Below, piece after piece: positions 1 to 12,499 of a stretch of DNA of 64,000 nt (position 1 is its first letter; every line of letters begins with the position of its first letter). Below the pieces are notes generated by a model that saw only the letters and a program-made list of their open reading frames with translations, had not been told where the DNA came from and ran no database searches. The DNA is from Camelus ferus. Taxonomy: Eukaryota. Both the position numbers and the translations under genes were made by a program. The stretch lies in assembly GCF_009834535.1 (NCBI RefSeq), contig NC_045707.1:49850001-49914000 (forward strand), read 5' to 3'.

Positions 1-1755
1 ATTTATATATTGCTTTCTATTTGAAGAATGAAAATATAAAAATCAAACTACACAGTACAATCATCTTGACTATGAGCAAAAATATCTTACTAGTATGTGA
101 CTCACATTTCATTATAATGCATATAAATATGTTCTGGGATATATGTGTATATAATCTACATAAATAAAAACTCTATTGAAATCATGTTCTGAAATGAAGA
201 TGCTGAGTAATTTTTCATGACCACAACACTTTAAGAGAGTATACTTTATTATTTGGAACTTCAATAAACCCACAAAGTGAACAGATTCTAGTTTAATCTA
301 TTATCCATTTTGCTAGTGCACTATAGCAATGAGTCATATATTACTTTAATGTCAAATTCTTGATTAAAGTAGAATACATAATTCAATTTTCTACTGCGAC
401 TTCCTTGGAGGAAAAGTTGGACGAGAGCCAGTGATTCTTAAATGTCTCTAAGCCGTTTCGAAAAGTTAATCTGTTCCTCTATTAAGAAGTTTTGAAATAG
501 TGTCAGGAAGGGCTATTGTACCCACCAACCAATTTCTTAACAGTGATTAAAGAGGAAAAATGGTGCTATCTTGCCCGGTGCTAATTTTGCAGCTCAAAAG
601 GTTGGTAGTGCTTGACCTGGTAAGACACATAAGTTGATAAATATATGTTTTTTTCAACAGGGTTAACTTTAAATTTTTTTCTTTTTAAACTTTTTACATA
701 TTTTGCTTCTAATCATTCCAAAATATTTTAATATAAACACTACCAGAGTGAACCTACATAATAAAGTCCTTCGCATCGCCTGTTTGCTTTTAGGAAGACG
801 TTACTAACATTAATTTTTCCAGTCCTGGAGTTAAGAGAAAGGAGGAGCCTCTGCAGAGCTTATCTTTTGTTCTGATGAAGTGGTACTGAAAACACTGACA
901 AGGTCTCTCCAAGAGCTGCGAGGGTTAGTTCAGAGATAAGACGAAGATGGAGCACGATGTCATAGGTAAGACGAATCTTTACACACGTATGTATGCGTGT
1001 GAAGGAAAAACTGTTTTGTCACTCCAGCGGTTTTTTATTAACTGCAAAGTCTATTGAAGGTTGGGGCAAAGCCGGTCACCTTTCAGCGTATCAGTCTTGG
1101 CACGTTACCCTGTGTTTCGTTTTGTTTTCATTTTCTTTTCATCCCAGGAAAGGTGCTCGTTCGAGATGCTACAAGTGAACTAAAAGAGCCAACAGCTTGG
1201 CATAGGTAGAAAAAGCAAACTCAAAACGAAAACCGGGGGACTGTGAGCGCGGATCCTGAGGGGCCTGCCTGCACCGGCCCAACGCCTGCGTTAACCCTTT
1301 AGGCGCTGCAACGGGAATCCCCGGAGTCTACAGGCCGACTAGCAGGAACAGAGATGGGGAGCCGAGGCCCGTTGGGGGTGTGGGCTGTCCTCCCCAAGGA
1401 GGCACTTCTGTCGTCCGGCGCCTGGTCAGGGCCCAGCATAGGCACCGAGTCCGTACGGAGTGGAGCAGAGATGCCGCGAGGAACCACTCAACTGTCCGCA
1501 GACGCGGGCGTCAGCTTAACCTGTCCTCGCCAGGAGTGCTCGCTCGCCGAGTCCACCCGCCCAGTTCCGGGGCTCTGGAGGGGCGCAGGCCCGGGGGTGG
1601 CTCGGACGGGGCCCCAGGTGAAGGGCGCTCGAGTTCGCCTGCGGCAGTCATCGCTCTCCAGCCTCCACAGTCGCGGGAGCCGCCCGGACCCGCACCGAAA
1701 CAGCAGCTGTGACTGACGAAGTCACCGCCCGGCGCGACCGAGCCACCCCCTCCTC

Positions 1756-1869
1756 CCCCGCCCCCGCCCCCCCCCCGCCCCGATACGTCATGGAAACACG
1801 GACGTCAGAGCCTCTCAGCCAATCCCTGGCAGCGGCCGGAGGAAAGGGGCGAGCGGGAGGGGGCGGGGG
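1756..1869. promoter_or_regulatory. Proximal promoter module: Sp/KLF GC boxes, two CRE-like sites, NF-Y CCAAT box
   Basis: CCCCGCCC repeats at 1756-1780, TACGTCA at 1784-1790, GGACGTCA at 1800-1807 (7/8 match to TGACGTCA), AGCCAATC at 1817-1824 and GGGGGCGGGG at 1860-1869. Confidence 0.7.
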
Positions 1870-2130
1870 CAGAGGCCGGCCGAGGCGTTCGGCGAAGGAA
1901 GAGAGGGAGGGGCGCGCAGAGGCGCGGGTCCCCCGCCCCTCACTCGGGCCACCCTTTCCCCACCCCGCGGCAAGTTCTAATCGCCGGGGGCGCGCTCGAC
2001 AGCCGGCGGCGCGCTCGCCGGGTCCTCCCCTTAAACGTCCTCTCCGCGCCGCTCGGCTCCTAGTCTCCGTCCTAGCCGCGCTTCCTCCGCGCGCGCGTGC
2101 CTGCCCGCCCCCAGGCTCCCCGCGAGCCGC

Positions 2131-2140
2131 GTCACGTGAT
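2131..2140. promoter_or_regulatory. Extended E-box (USF / MiT-TFE CLEAR-like)
   Basis: GTCACGTGAT is a 9/10 match to GTCACGTGAC and lies just upstream of the presumed first exon. Confidence 0.7.
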
Positions 2141-2149
2141 CGCGCCTAG

Positions 2150-2272
2150 CCAAGGCGGCAGCGGCGGCGGCGCGAGCTTCGGCGGCGGCGGCGGCAGTGG
2201 CAGTTGCTGAGCCGCCAGCGTGGAGCGGGAGGCGTGAGGGTGTGGAGAAAAGGGAGCGCCAGACCGGAACGG
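2150..2272 (+). other. Candidate non-coding first exon 1a
   Basis: GGC-repeat-rich UTR-like sequence directly after the E-box, ending in CGG|GTGAGA (GT at 2273). The start is approximate. Confidence 0.45.
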
Positions 2273-2599
2273 GTGAGAGTTCTCCTCCCCTGTCTCCCCC
2301 GGCAATCTTGCGGGCTACCCGGTGCAAACGGGGCCCCTGCCCGAAGCTTCGCGAAGCCCCCTTGTGCTCGACCGTCCGCTTCCCGAGGGCCGCGGGCCTC
2401 GCCTGGGGCGGACCGGGCTGCGGTGCTCACGAAGGGGCTGCACCCCGCCCGCTGCTGCTGTTGCGGACGGCGGCGTGAGGCCGGTGGAGCTGCCCGTGGT
2501 GAGCGCGGCGCGCCCTGTGTGCGGCTCTGCGGAGCCTAGGAGGCGGGTCCTGCGGGGACGCGGGCGGCTACTCGGCAGCTGCCGGGCTCTGGGCGGGGG

Positions 2600-2685
2600 C
2601 CGGGCCGGGCGCCGCCTCCTCCTCCTCCTCCGCCTCCGCCTCCGCCGCCGCCGCCGCCGCCGCCGCCGCCTCCTCGCAGTGCAGC
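2600..2685 (+). other. Candidate alternative first exon 1b containing the triplet repeat
   Basis: Follows a GC box (GGGCGGGG at 2591) and ends in AGC|GTGAGT (GT at 2686). The start is approximate. Confidence 0.5.
2611..2673 (+). repeat. Compound trinucleotide tract of 21 GCC/TCC triplets with pure (GCC)9
   Basis: (GCC)2(TCC)5 GCC TCC GCC TCC (GCC)9 TCC; the pure run is at 2644-2670. Confidence 0.97.
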
Positions 2686-2898
2686 GTGAGTAGGGAGCCC
2701 CGGCTGGTGGACGCCGAGCCTCTCGGCTCCACGGCCGCCTCATCCTCGAGGTGCAACCGAACCTCCGCGTGGCTCCCGGAGTCCTGCGAGCCTCCTTCCG
2801 ACGCGCGGAGGACCGATCCCCCCTTCTCTGCGCTTCCCGCTGTCCTCACCGCCCCCTCTCCCGACCCTCCTGCAGCCTCCCCTTCTTTTCCTCCTCAG

Positions 2899-2923
2899 AA
2901 AATGGTTCCTGCTGCCGGGCGAG
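2899..2923 (+). other. Candidate 25-nt micro-exon (or 3' end of another first exon) carrying an ATG, MVPAAGR...
   Basis: Acceptor CCTTCTTTTCCTCCTCAG (AG at 2897-2898), AAAATGG strong Kozak context (ATG at 2902) and donor GAG|GTGAGT (GT at 2924). Confidence 0.5.
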
Positions 2924-5900
2924 GTGAGTGGCGGCCGCCGCCCGCCCGCGGCGGGGGCGGCGGGGCAGGTCACCTGCGGGGGAGGCCGGGCGGAACACTG
3001 AGGTCGGGGCGGCGCGGCGGGGATCCTGACAGCTGGGTGCTCCGCGGACTGCGCGGATTCCGGAGAAGTTGGCGGGGGCGTTCGGGAGGCCCCTCGCAGG
3101 TGGTCTCCCGCCGTGTCTGCCCCGGGAAACCGTAAAGGTGAGCGGGTTCTTAGGCGTGCGCCCCAGCGCTGGGTCCGGCCAGTAGTCTCCGCACAGGGCC
3201 CGAGGGACGGGGCTCGGTGGTGGGACTTCGCGTCTGCACCCGCAGTTCTTTGGCTTCTCCCAGCCTCCTCGGCAGCGCCATAGCCCATCCTGCCGCCGGT
3301 CGCCCCCGCCCCGGCGCCTGGTGACCTTGAGGGCAGCGGTGCCCGGCGCTGTTTCCCCGCGCCCCGGGAGGGTCACCCCTCTAATCCCCGGCTTCGGCCC
3401 CACTGGCGCTCCGCAGGCGGAGAGTGGGGCCCGCGTTGGCCCCCGGCCCGGGCCGGTTGATTGATGCGTGTCACACCGGACGGTGATTCCCCGGGAGTTG
3501 GTGAATTGCCTCGCCTTTCTCCCGGCGTCTCCTGTCTCGCCCCCCAGGATGTTCACGGTTGCTTCCTATTCGCTTTTTTGGACTTAGTTTAAAAGAAAGG
3601 GAGGAAAAAAACCCCTGCGTTCTCCACTTCTTTTTGGGAAGGGTCAGTAAGAAAGAACCGCATTCCATTTGCGGTGTTGCGGGGTGTGCTCCCTTTATTC
3701 CTTCCTGCGGGAGAATCCGGTGGCTGAGCTAGTTAGCGACCCCTGGTCTGCGCCGCGGTCACTAGCCAGGTTGGTCTCTGTGCGCATTTCATTCACCAGT
3801 TTTCTGCGGGACTCGCAGCGCTGGGAGTGCTCGCATCCAGTGCGGTGCAGCGGTGCTTGGCGCGGAAGGAGGGGCGAGAGGTGCAGAGGGGGGTCTTTAA
3901 ATCTGCGGAGGGGTCGACCAGTCTCTGCAGGCGTATTTTTGCCTTTCCTGGGGTTAGAGCGCATCAGACAGCCACCCTTCGCTATGCATAAGCTGTGCAT
4001 GCTACTTTTCTGGGTTTCTTAATCATCTAATGGCTTCTGTTGGTATCGACTGCTGTTCATGATAAATTAGTTATATGGATTTTTGTTCATGTGAGTGTGG
4101 ATATCTGCATATATGTGGACCGTCCGCCTTTCAACATGGAAGCCTTTGTTGTGTTTAACCTCCGCCACCAGAATAGTCTTATTTTAAAATAAAGCTCTTG
4201 TTCAACGTGGGTGTATTTTATAATAAGAAGTACTTGTAAGGATCTGCTTTGTATGAGGCTTTCTTCGGGGAGAGGGTGTGTAACCCTTTGGATAGTGGCC
4301 CACGTGAGTGAATGAAGGGCCTTCACTGCTTGCCCTCCTGCCAGCCTTCCCCAGACTCCCTGTCCTTGTGTGTGGCAGAGGCGGATTGGGGGAATTAGAG
4401 GGATTGGAGGAGAATCTGCCTTTTGTACTTCAGCGTTTCACTTGGATCTCCCTCTCCTTTTTTTTTTTTTTTCCCTTCTTTTTTGTCCTGGTGAGTTCAA
4501 ATTTGAAGTAAATGAAACATTTTCCTTAAAGGGCATATTTGAAAAACGAGTATATGAAATGGGTTTGATTTGGCCGTGATTTCAGGGGGATGTTTTAGTA
4601 GTTTCTACTTTACTTTGCATGAGACAGTTAAATTACTGTAATTAAGGGTGGATCTCTCTTGATTTTGGCTTGGGTGTAACTTTGAAAAGTAACTGTTGTT
4701 TCCTACTATATAGTCTGCAAAAGTGACTCACAGTCGGGTGAGTTGAGGACAGAGCGCCACCTTTAAAATTTCGGCATTTTCTTTTATTAAAATGGTGAAA
4801 ATTCAGAGTACGCCTTCTTGATTTTTGTTGCAAGTTGTCTTTACTGGCACCCCCATTTAGATGCATATGGTGAAATTGTCTTCATTTTCTTATATTCTGT
4901 AATTCCTCAGTCAGAAGGTGGGATTTCTGCATTTGTATGGGAAATCATGGTTTTTTAATGGAAGCTTGGAATTGAGAACTCTGAGATGAAGCAATAAACT
5001 AGATTTGATTTCTGCTTATAATAAAATAATGGGGGCAAAGATAGTGTGGATCTACTTAGGAAAAGAAATAAGGAAAGTAATAGCTTCATCATAAATAGAT
5101 GTTTATTTAAAACTAGCCATCGCCACTAAGTTAGGGTACCTACCAGCATGATAGTGGTTTTATAAATGTTTTTAGCTTCAAGTGCTATTAGCAGATTCTA
5201 AAGTAAACATGCAAAAAATTAAGCTTGTTTGAATAAGGTATAGTAGTTCTTTTTTTGCTTTTCATCTTCCGACAGCTTTCCTTTTATGGTTTGCGAGTTT
5301 TACAATTGTTTTTAAATAATACAAATGAGGACTTCCAGCTGGAGTACTTACACTCAAAGTTGTTGAAGACCATATTGGAAAAAGTGGTTTCTGCGTATGG
5401 CTCTTCTCAAATGTATCTCATATAAAAATAAATGGAGTTTTTAATGCTTAGAAAACAAATGCTGTAGTGACAGCTGAATGGGTGAGATTTCTTTCCTTGC
5501 CCACTTGTTCTCTCCTAACCCCCTCTCCCCCATATCAAAAATTTAAGGTACACTATCTCTTTAGACACAGGGTACTTTTTGATGATTGTGACTGCAGGTG
5601 TAACATAAAGAAAAAAAGATTTAGCTTTTCAAGTAATGAATAAATTAATGTGTGGATATTACCCAAATATAGTTTTAATTACAAACCACAAGATAGTACC
5701 GTTTCTGTCTGCGTTTAAGTTTTAATTCCGCACTTGCAGTTTTTACATAGATTTTTGTGAGCATAAGCTATTGAGCTATAGATAGTTTTATTAAGCTAAA
5801 AAATCCACTTGAGATGAAAGGTGGTTTATGCTCGTCAATCTGTAGAATATGGTCCCAGGTTAAAGGACATTATTTGAGCAATTAGGTTGATGTATGCAGA

Positions 5901-6809
5901 GTGATTACATATCATTATGCACACTTTGATAGAATCCTTGTTTTGTGGGTTATTTTTACCAATTTCTTCCGACAGGTTAACTTTGTTTTGGATGAAACAT
6001 TCTCTTGCCATGTGAATTGAATTGCTTAGGTCAACAAGTTTTAAGAGGAATGGCTAATTAAACCATTGGTGGTCGTTGGTAACAGAAAAGTGTCCCTTTA
6101 TTCCTTACGTTTTTACACATGCATACAATTGAAACTGGTCATTTTCACTTTGTAAGTCTGGAATTTTGTAATGAGATCAGGAAGCAGAAACTTAAGAATT
6201 AAATTTTTGCAGCTTGGGTAAGAGTACTGCCTAGTTGAAAGGGAATAACTATTTTCTAGTAAGTATCATGATGTATAGAAGGGCACTGTGAGAGTAGCTT
6301 ATTTTGGAATATATAGAATCTGAAGTAACGTTGAAGGAAAACGATACAATAGTTAAGGGAAAAATTTTCCCCCAAAACTTCAAAAGATTTATTTTTTAGC
6401 TTTTATAAATGTTTTAGGTACACACACATATATCATTGCCTTGTTAAAATTTTTTATTGTGGAAATTGTACAACATGTCAAAGTAGAGAGAATAATATAC
6501 TTACCGACCAGTTTTGACAGTTAACATTTCATGGTGCATCTAATTTCATTTCTATTTTTACACAAGAAATAGGTCTGTATAAATGGGAACATAGGGCAGA
6601 TAATTGAATTGAATTCCTATGTTTTATATTCGTAATTTATAGGATTTACACAATAATGTTCAGTATCTAATTGCATCCGAAAGATCAATTTTTATGTTCA
6701 TTGTTTCTTTGATAGCCTGTTTTACAGCAGGCACCTAAAGACAATGTCTCTTAAATTTTAATGATAATGCCTTTGATTTAAAAAATGCTTTACAGTATTT
6801 TAGAATGTA

Positions 6810-7000
6810 TTAAATACTATCTCATTTGATTTTCACAATAAATATTTCTGTGAAGTGAGTAAAATAGATAGCTGTGCCTTCCTTTTTCTTAGGTAGGTGA
6901 AATAATTTGTCTAGGCCCTAAGGTCGTAGAATCTGGCCAGCAGCCTGATTAGCCAGAACTGAACTCTAGGTGGCTTCTAGGTTTTGCTTCATTGCTCTTT
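6810..7000. mobile_element. Degenerate MIR SINE
   Basis: MIR-like core: tatctcatttgattttcacaata...ctgtgaagtgag...aataatttgtctagg...gccagaactgaactctagg. Confidence 0.55.
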
Positions 7001-7526
7001 CCATTACACATGTGTATGTAAGTATATGAAAGTTATATAAGTTTATGAAAAATAAGTTTCTGACCAGAGTAAATTTAATAGTAGAATATAAACAGTTTTG
7101 TTTGGATTTAAATTTATAAATTTAATCATTGCCTCTATTTGGTGTAATGTAAACAGTTCATACCCTGATTTTGTTAACAGCCAAGTAAATGAATTTGATC
7201 ATATTTGAAATACTATATTGTTAATATGATGCATTGGATGATTTTTAAGTTAAGAATTTTATTCTGAAAGACCTGTTGGTCTTTGAAATGATTAGAGGAT
7301 GTTTTAACTTGAGTTAAAAATAAAGTGGCCTATACTTAAAAGTTTCTTCTTTTAATTTCTGCTGTGATTTTTTTAATGCATTTGTTTTTCTTCCACAGCA
7401 TATTTATTACCTAAGTCTTTTTGAAATATTAATTTGGTATGTAATGAAATTTAGTTTTAAAAGGTCCCAAATGAGATTTTAGTTTTCAAAATCCAAAACC
7501 TTGTTATAAATCTCACAGGGAAGGTG

Positions 7527-7661
7527 GTGGTTCTCCTGTATGTGTGCATGAGGACCACCTTGGGGAGTTGCTGAAAGTGCAGGTTCCCTGGCATTGCCCC
7601 TGCAAATCTGATTCAGCAGATTTGGGGTGGGGCCGAGGAGTCAGCATCTTGAGAAACACTG
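7527..7661. mobile_element. MER5-family hAT-Charlie MITE fragment
   Basis: gtggttctc...gcaggttccctgg...tctgattcagcagatttggggtggggcc...ttgagaaacactg. Confidence 0.7.
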
Positions 7662-10600
7662 ACCCTGAATTTATATCTAGGTTAAAATTACGTTACATGG
7701 TAAAGGTGCCTTTATAAATTGGAAGGATGACATGGATGTATTTGATTTTGAACGTGGCAGAGTTAGTGTTTTCAAGTATATGACTGTTGTAGCCAAGTTT
7801 GATTTGGGATTTGGTGATTTTTATGACAGTTGTAAAACTGGTAAATTGAAAATATTTTTGTTATCTGTGTGCAGTCTTTCAAAAGATCCATCTACAGTTA
7901 TTTATTAAGTTAGTTATTAAGTGCTATGAAGTCCTAGACACAGAATGTTCTTCTCTTTTTCATGCCCCAGTGTCTACCATTTCAAAATGACTTGAACAGG
8001 GGGCTCATTAATGTAAACATAATGCATGCTGTGTCAGTACAGTACTATACATTTATACCTTAGTCTAGCGCTTATTTTTTGTAAGAAGGGAAGACTTTGG
8101 ATGTTCCTTCAAATTAAAAAGACATAAATTGATGGATAAGTAGTGTACCTAATTTCAGTTAACAAGTAGTCTTTCCAAAAACAGCAGGTTTGTCCTTAAT
8201 GACCTTTCAGATATAAGATAATGATATAAGACTAATCGGTAATTTACCACCTGTGCATGAAAACAGAAGTTAACTGCTATTGTATGTAAATATTAAATGA
8301 CAGTTTATGTAGTTCAGTACAAATGGACTGTAGGGTCCATTTGACGTAAACTGATCTGACTTTTTTAACCATTTTATCTAGTGCTGTGTACCCCATATGG
8401 ATTTCTTTCTATTTAAGAGCAGATTTAAAATGCAATTGTTTTTGCTTTACTTATGACACTGTAGTAAATAGCTTGCATCTGTTTTTAAAGTACATTTTAT
8501 GATGAAATTAATTTCTAAGCAAGTCCATCTCAAGACTGTGTTGAAGTTTTTTGTTCATTTTTTCCAAAAACTTAGGCTTGTTGGTTATGCTTTAGGATAT
8601 ATTTAGGAATCATAAGTTATAATTTACTAATGCTTGTGGAAATCTAAATTAATAAAGATTTCTGGCAGAGAGATACAGATAAACTGTGGAAGAGACTTTT
8701 CACCATATTCTTTTAAAGCTATTTTATATATAAAAACAGGACTGGGACTGTTAATTATTCTAAACAGTATGTAGTGTTTTTAGTTACCTCTTTGGTAAGA
8801 ATATTATTTGGTATTTCTAAGTACAATAACTTCCAACAATGTGGAATCTCAAAATTCAGGATACCTGTTTTGTATTAATATTAAAGTCACCTGGGCCTCT
8901 GGAGGAAAGCGTAAGGATGGTTTTGAATGGACCAGTGCTTGCTTACATTGTGAAATCTGAGATTATACCCTCTAACTGTAAACTGGTATGACTACTGTAA
9001 AGACCTGATAAATTTATGACTGAAAGTTGTATTTTCTGAAAAGTAGCTCTTAAAAAGAATTTGTTTAAAAGGTGCCTTTAAAATAACTTGATTATTAACA
9101 ATGTGAATTTATGATTCATTGTATTAACTAAGTTTGCTCCCTGAAAGATGTTGAGCAGTGTTTCACTCTCAAAATTCTCAGATCTGCTGCTTTAATCTAC
9201 CTTTGATATTTGTGCCGGATTTTTGTTTTGTTTTGTTTTTAAATAGCTTTCCTACTGTCGTTTCTTCAGTAAAAGCTTCAGTGGTTCCTCATTTTTCTCT
9301 TTATCAAGATGCAATTTGACTTTGAAGACCTTTTATAAAGTTAGCTCAGTATTTTCTAAAGTGTGTTGTAGAACCCTGATTCTAAGAAATATTAATAGGG
9401 GTTTTATGGAGGGGAGAAGGAGAAAACCCAAATCCAAGATATGCTGGTTTATGCAGTTTTCCCATTTGGGACTTCTCCCATACTTTGGTATACTAACATG
9501 GTCTGAATCTATCTAAATGTGTTTAGCATTTTGGCCCCTTATTTCACAGAATCCCTTTTAGTGAAGCATCCACTTGTTACTTTGTATATTACTTAACCAG
9601 GATCACCACTTTGCACACCTCCAGGAGGTGCTGTTCTCATAGAACACAATATAAATCATGTTTCCTGGAGTTGAGAGCAGTGTACAGGACTGTAGTACTG
9701 TTGACTGCCCACTGCATGACAGTCATGTCTGACAGTCTTCTCCCTACACTCTTCTCACATCTTTGGCTGTGACTTCATGTTTTTCCTCTCACCTGATAGG
9801 ACCTGTGATCTTGCCCATCCAAGGGTGGCCATCCTCCAAAACTCCACATTAGTCTACCTTTCCCGGTCATCACTCATTAATTTCCTTGTCTGAATTTCTC
9901 TACATTTATAGTCGGGCCATACACTTCCCATCTATTATATATCCTTTTTGTCTTAGTAATTTCATTTGGGGATAATATAGGCGTTCAGATAAGAACATGG
10001 GTTTTTGAGGATATGTAGAGTTTTATCCCACAGACGTTCAATCAGTATTTTTTGGACATATTGACTTAAGATTTTGACATTGTATAGCTTGCATGAAGGT
10101 AAAGCAGATAAAGTGGAGGCATTTTTCTTAGAGAATTTCTAAAGCCTTTTTTCATTTGAAATTTTAACTTTCCTCAGTTGGATTCATAGGACAGCCTGTT
10201 TTATTTCTGGAGGGCAGCTACTTTTCATAGAATGCTAGGACAATAGAATTTGGCGTCTATATACAAAGTGTTTTCCATTTCTTAATTGCAGTGTAGTAGC
10301 TGGTCCGTTTTAGATTTTATTCTAATTGTAATTAGTCATTATAGTAGCTATAATTTTTATCTTAAAATGACAAGTTTCACTTTTCCTTTAGCTTGTGACA
10401 TCTTTTCCTTTCATCAGGATTGATGTTCTTAAGATATGTGTGTTACATCTTTAATTCATTATCATACTGTGTATAATGTAAAATGCCATAATTTAAAGCA
10501 TGTATTCTGGTCTAAAATTTAAAATATGATACCCTTGTAGTTACTGTTTATCAACAGGAAAGCTGTTGGAGCCAGGTTTTTAAATGTCTGTTTGCTGCAG

Positions 10601-12499
10601 GTCCTGATTTTTCTGAGAGTTCTTTTCCATGAAATGAGTGTGAACAGTTGGCTCATGACCAACAGGATCATGGTAGGTATCAGGAATGGGTTTAGGTGTA
10701 TGGTTTTCGTGAAAGTTTAAAGCATAGCAATGTGGTTATTTCTCTAACTGCTTTACTTAGGTCAAGAAAGGAAAGCCTGTACTTGTATCATTTCTGTTGA
10801 ATGCTCATGGAGTCATAATTTCAGACATTTGAGCAATTAATGCTTTCTGTAGATTTAGGATGTAAACTGTTATATTTCAATATGCTCAAAAGAAGTTGCT
10901 CTCCAGAGATTATTCCCCAGTGATTAGCACAGCTGAAAGCGCACAGGTGCATCGCTCTTGAGTAGTCTCCCAACCCTTTTATATTTTATAGACCTAATTG
11001 TTGCTAAGATATTATAGAAGGACTTAATTGTTGATCAAAAGAGAAGTGTAGAATGGTTTTGGTAGTGAAAAGAAAAAAAAAAATCTGTGAAGGCAGAAAT
11101 CATTGGATCCAGCAAAAGTGAGATGGGTTAGAGGATGATCTTTTCTACTGGATTTGGATCTTTTCTTCTTGGGACACACATGGGTGACACTGGCATATAG
11201 TCCATGCTCCCTTGCTTATACCTAGAGTTATGAAAAATTTTCAGTTCCTTTGCTATAATTCTGTCCTTCTCTCTATGACCCAAATCAAGTGAGTGATACT
11301 TTAACTGCTGTTGGTTTGTTTAAAAAGTGAATCACAAACTCAAGGTCCTTTTCTTTGGATATTCTTGACAACTAATAGTATGGTGGAGAACTACTGAGTT
11401 AAAAGGCAGATAGAGGGCTGAAAACAAGGAAGGTCAGTCAGTGAGATGGGAAAGAGTGGATGGCAAAGTCCAGGAAAAGGAGATCTCTAGCATCAGACTC
11501 TGAGTGTCAGGTATCAGAAAAACAAACATCCATCAACCAATCAACCCTTCTCCACATGCAGAGTGGATTTAGGGTAAAGTTTAAATTCATCTGCCTTTAA
11601 GCTTGAACTCCAATATTTTTATGTATGTTATTGAACACTGGGACTTACCTGATTCTCTTTTGCCTCTGGACCCTCTCGCTGCTTCGTGCCTTTTGCTAGG
11701 AATGCCTGCCTGCCTTTCTCAGAGCCTGTATATCTTGATGGTATTCCTGTGTGTGACTAGACCTAAAACTTCAGATTTTGGTTTTTACTCTGATGTTGTC
11801 TTGAGATCTCTCCAGATATAAATTTTGCCACTAAAAAGCCATGTGACCTTGGGTAAATCCCTTGGTTTCTTTGTTACCTCCCCCAAAAGTACAAAATATA
11901 GAATCAGGGAGTTTTATTAATTTTCTTTCTTGGAAGTTTTGACTTTTAAGACAATATGTATGTCCATGGTAGGTTGCCTTCTCCCCACACCTCACCCCAA
12001 ATTATCAACTATTTAATTTATCGTTTAGGCTTCCCATCTAATTTTGCCTTTTAACTAGTTTATCTTTTCATGTTTCATTGGTGATATGCTGTTTCATTCA
12101 GGAAGATAATTTAGCTTTTCAAAAATGTGTTTAAGACTTCCAGTTAAAGAAGTGGCATTTCACTGGCATTTGACTCTGCTCTCTGCCACAGTATATGAAA
12201 ATGAGAGTGAGTGTGAGTTTACAGTGTTTATGTTCAGACCCCCAGCTGCCTTCCCTCACCTCACTTTCAGGATGCTGGCCAGAGTTGAAGTGTCTCCTCT
12301 GAGGACTCTGACCAGCTCAAGGGAAAGGATCTAAAGGTTCTGACACTGTGTTTGCCGGAGGGGATGTCCAAAGAGAGTGTCCCAGTCTGATCACCTGACA
12401 GTGGACTCTAAAGTCAGAAAGCCCTACATGTGAGTCTAGAATCCTCTTCAGCTTATTTGTGTCCTATTTTTTTCTCTCATAATTAAAAAAATTGTTATG

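Larger units (their letters stand above)
1250..3560. promoter_or_regulatory. CpG island / TATA-less promoter of an unidentified gene, probably transcribed on +
   Basis: Abrupt GC- and CpG-rich block between AT-rich, CpG-depleted flanks. It contains GC boxes, GGC/GCC repeats and + strand GTGAG donors. Boundaries are approximate. Confidence 0.95.

Noticed and set aside
2150..2923. Assigning a gene symbol
   Set aside because: I could not match the UTR-like exons or MVPAAGR to a known gene from memory; a BLAST search is needed.
1299..3556. Dense overlapping ORFs on both strands, including poly-Arg (2315-2743) and Ala/Glu-rich (2568-2849) frames
   Set aside because: These are expected from stop-codon scarcity in a CpG island. 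Most start at GTG/TTG, are low-complexity and resemble no protein I recognise; the homopolymers come from the triplet repeat.
5265..5975. TCTTCCGACAG repeated 700 bp apart, each acceptor-like
   Set aside because: An 11-mer match at this distance is expected by chance, and neither is followed by a convincing exon and donor.
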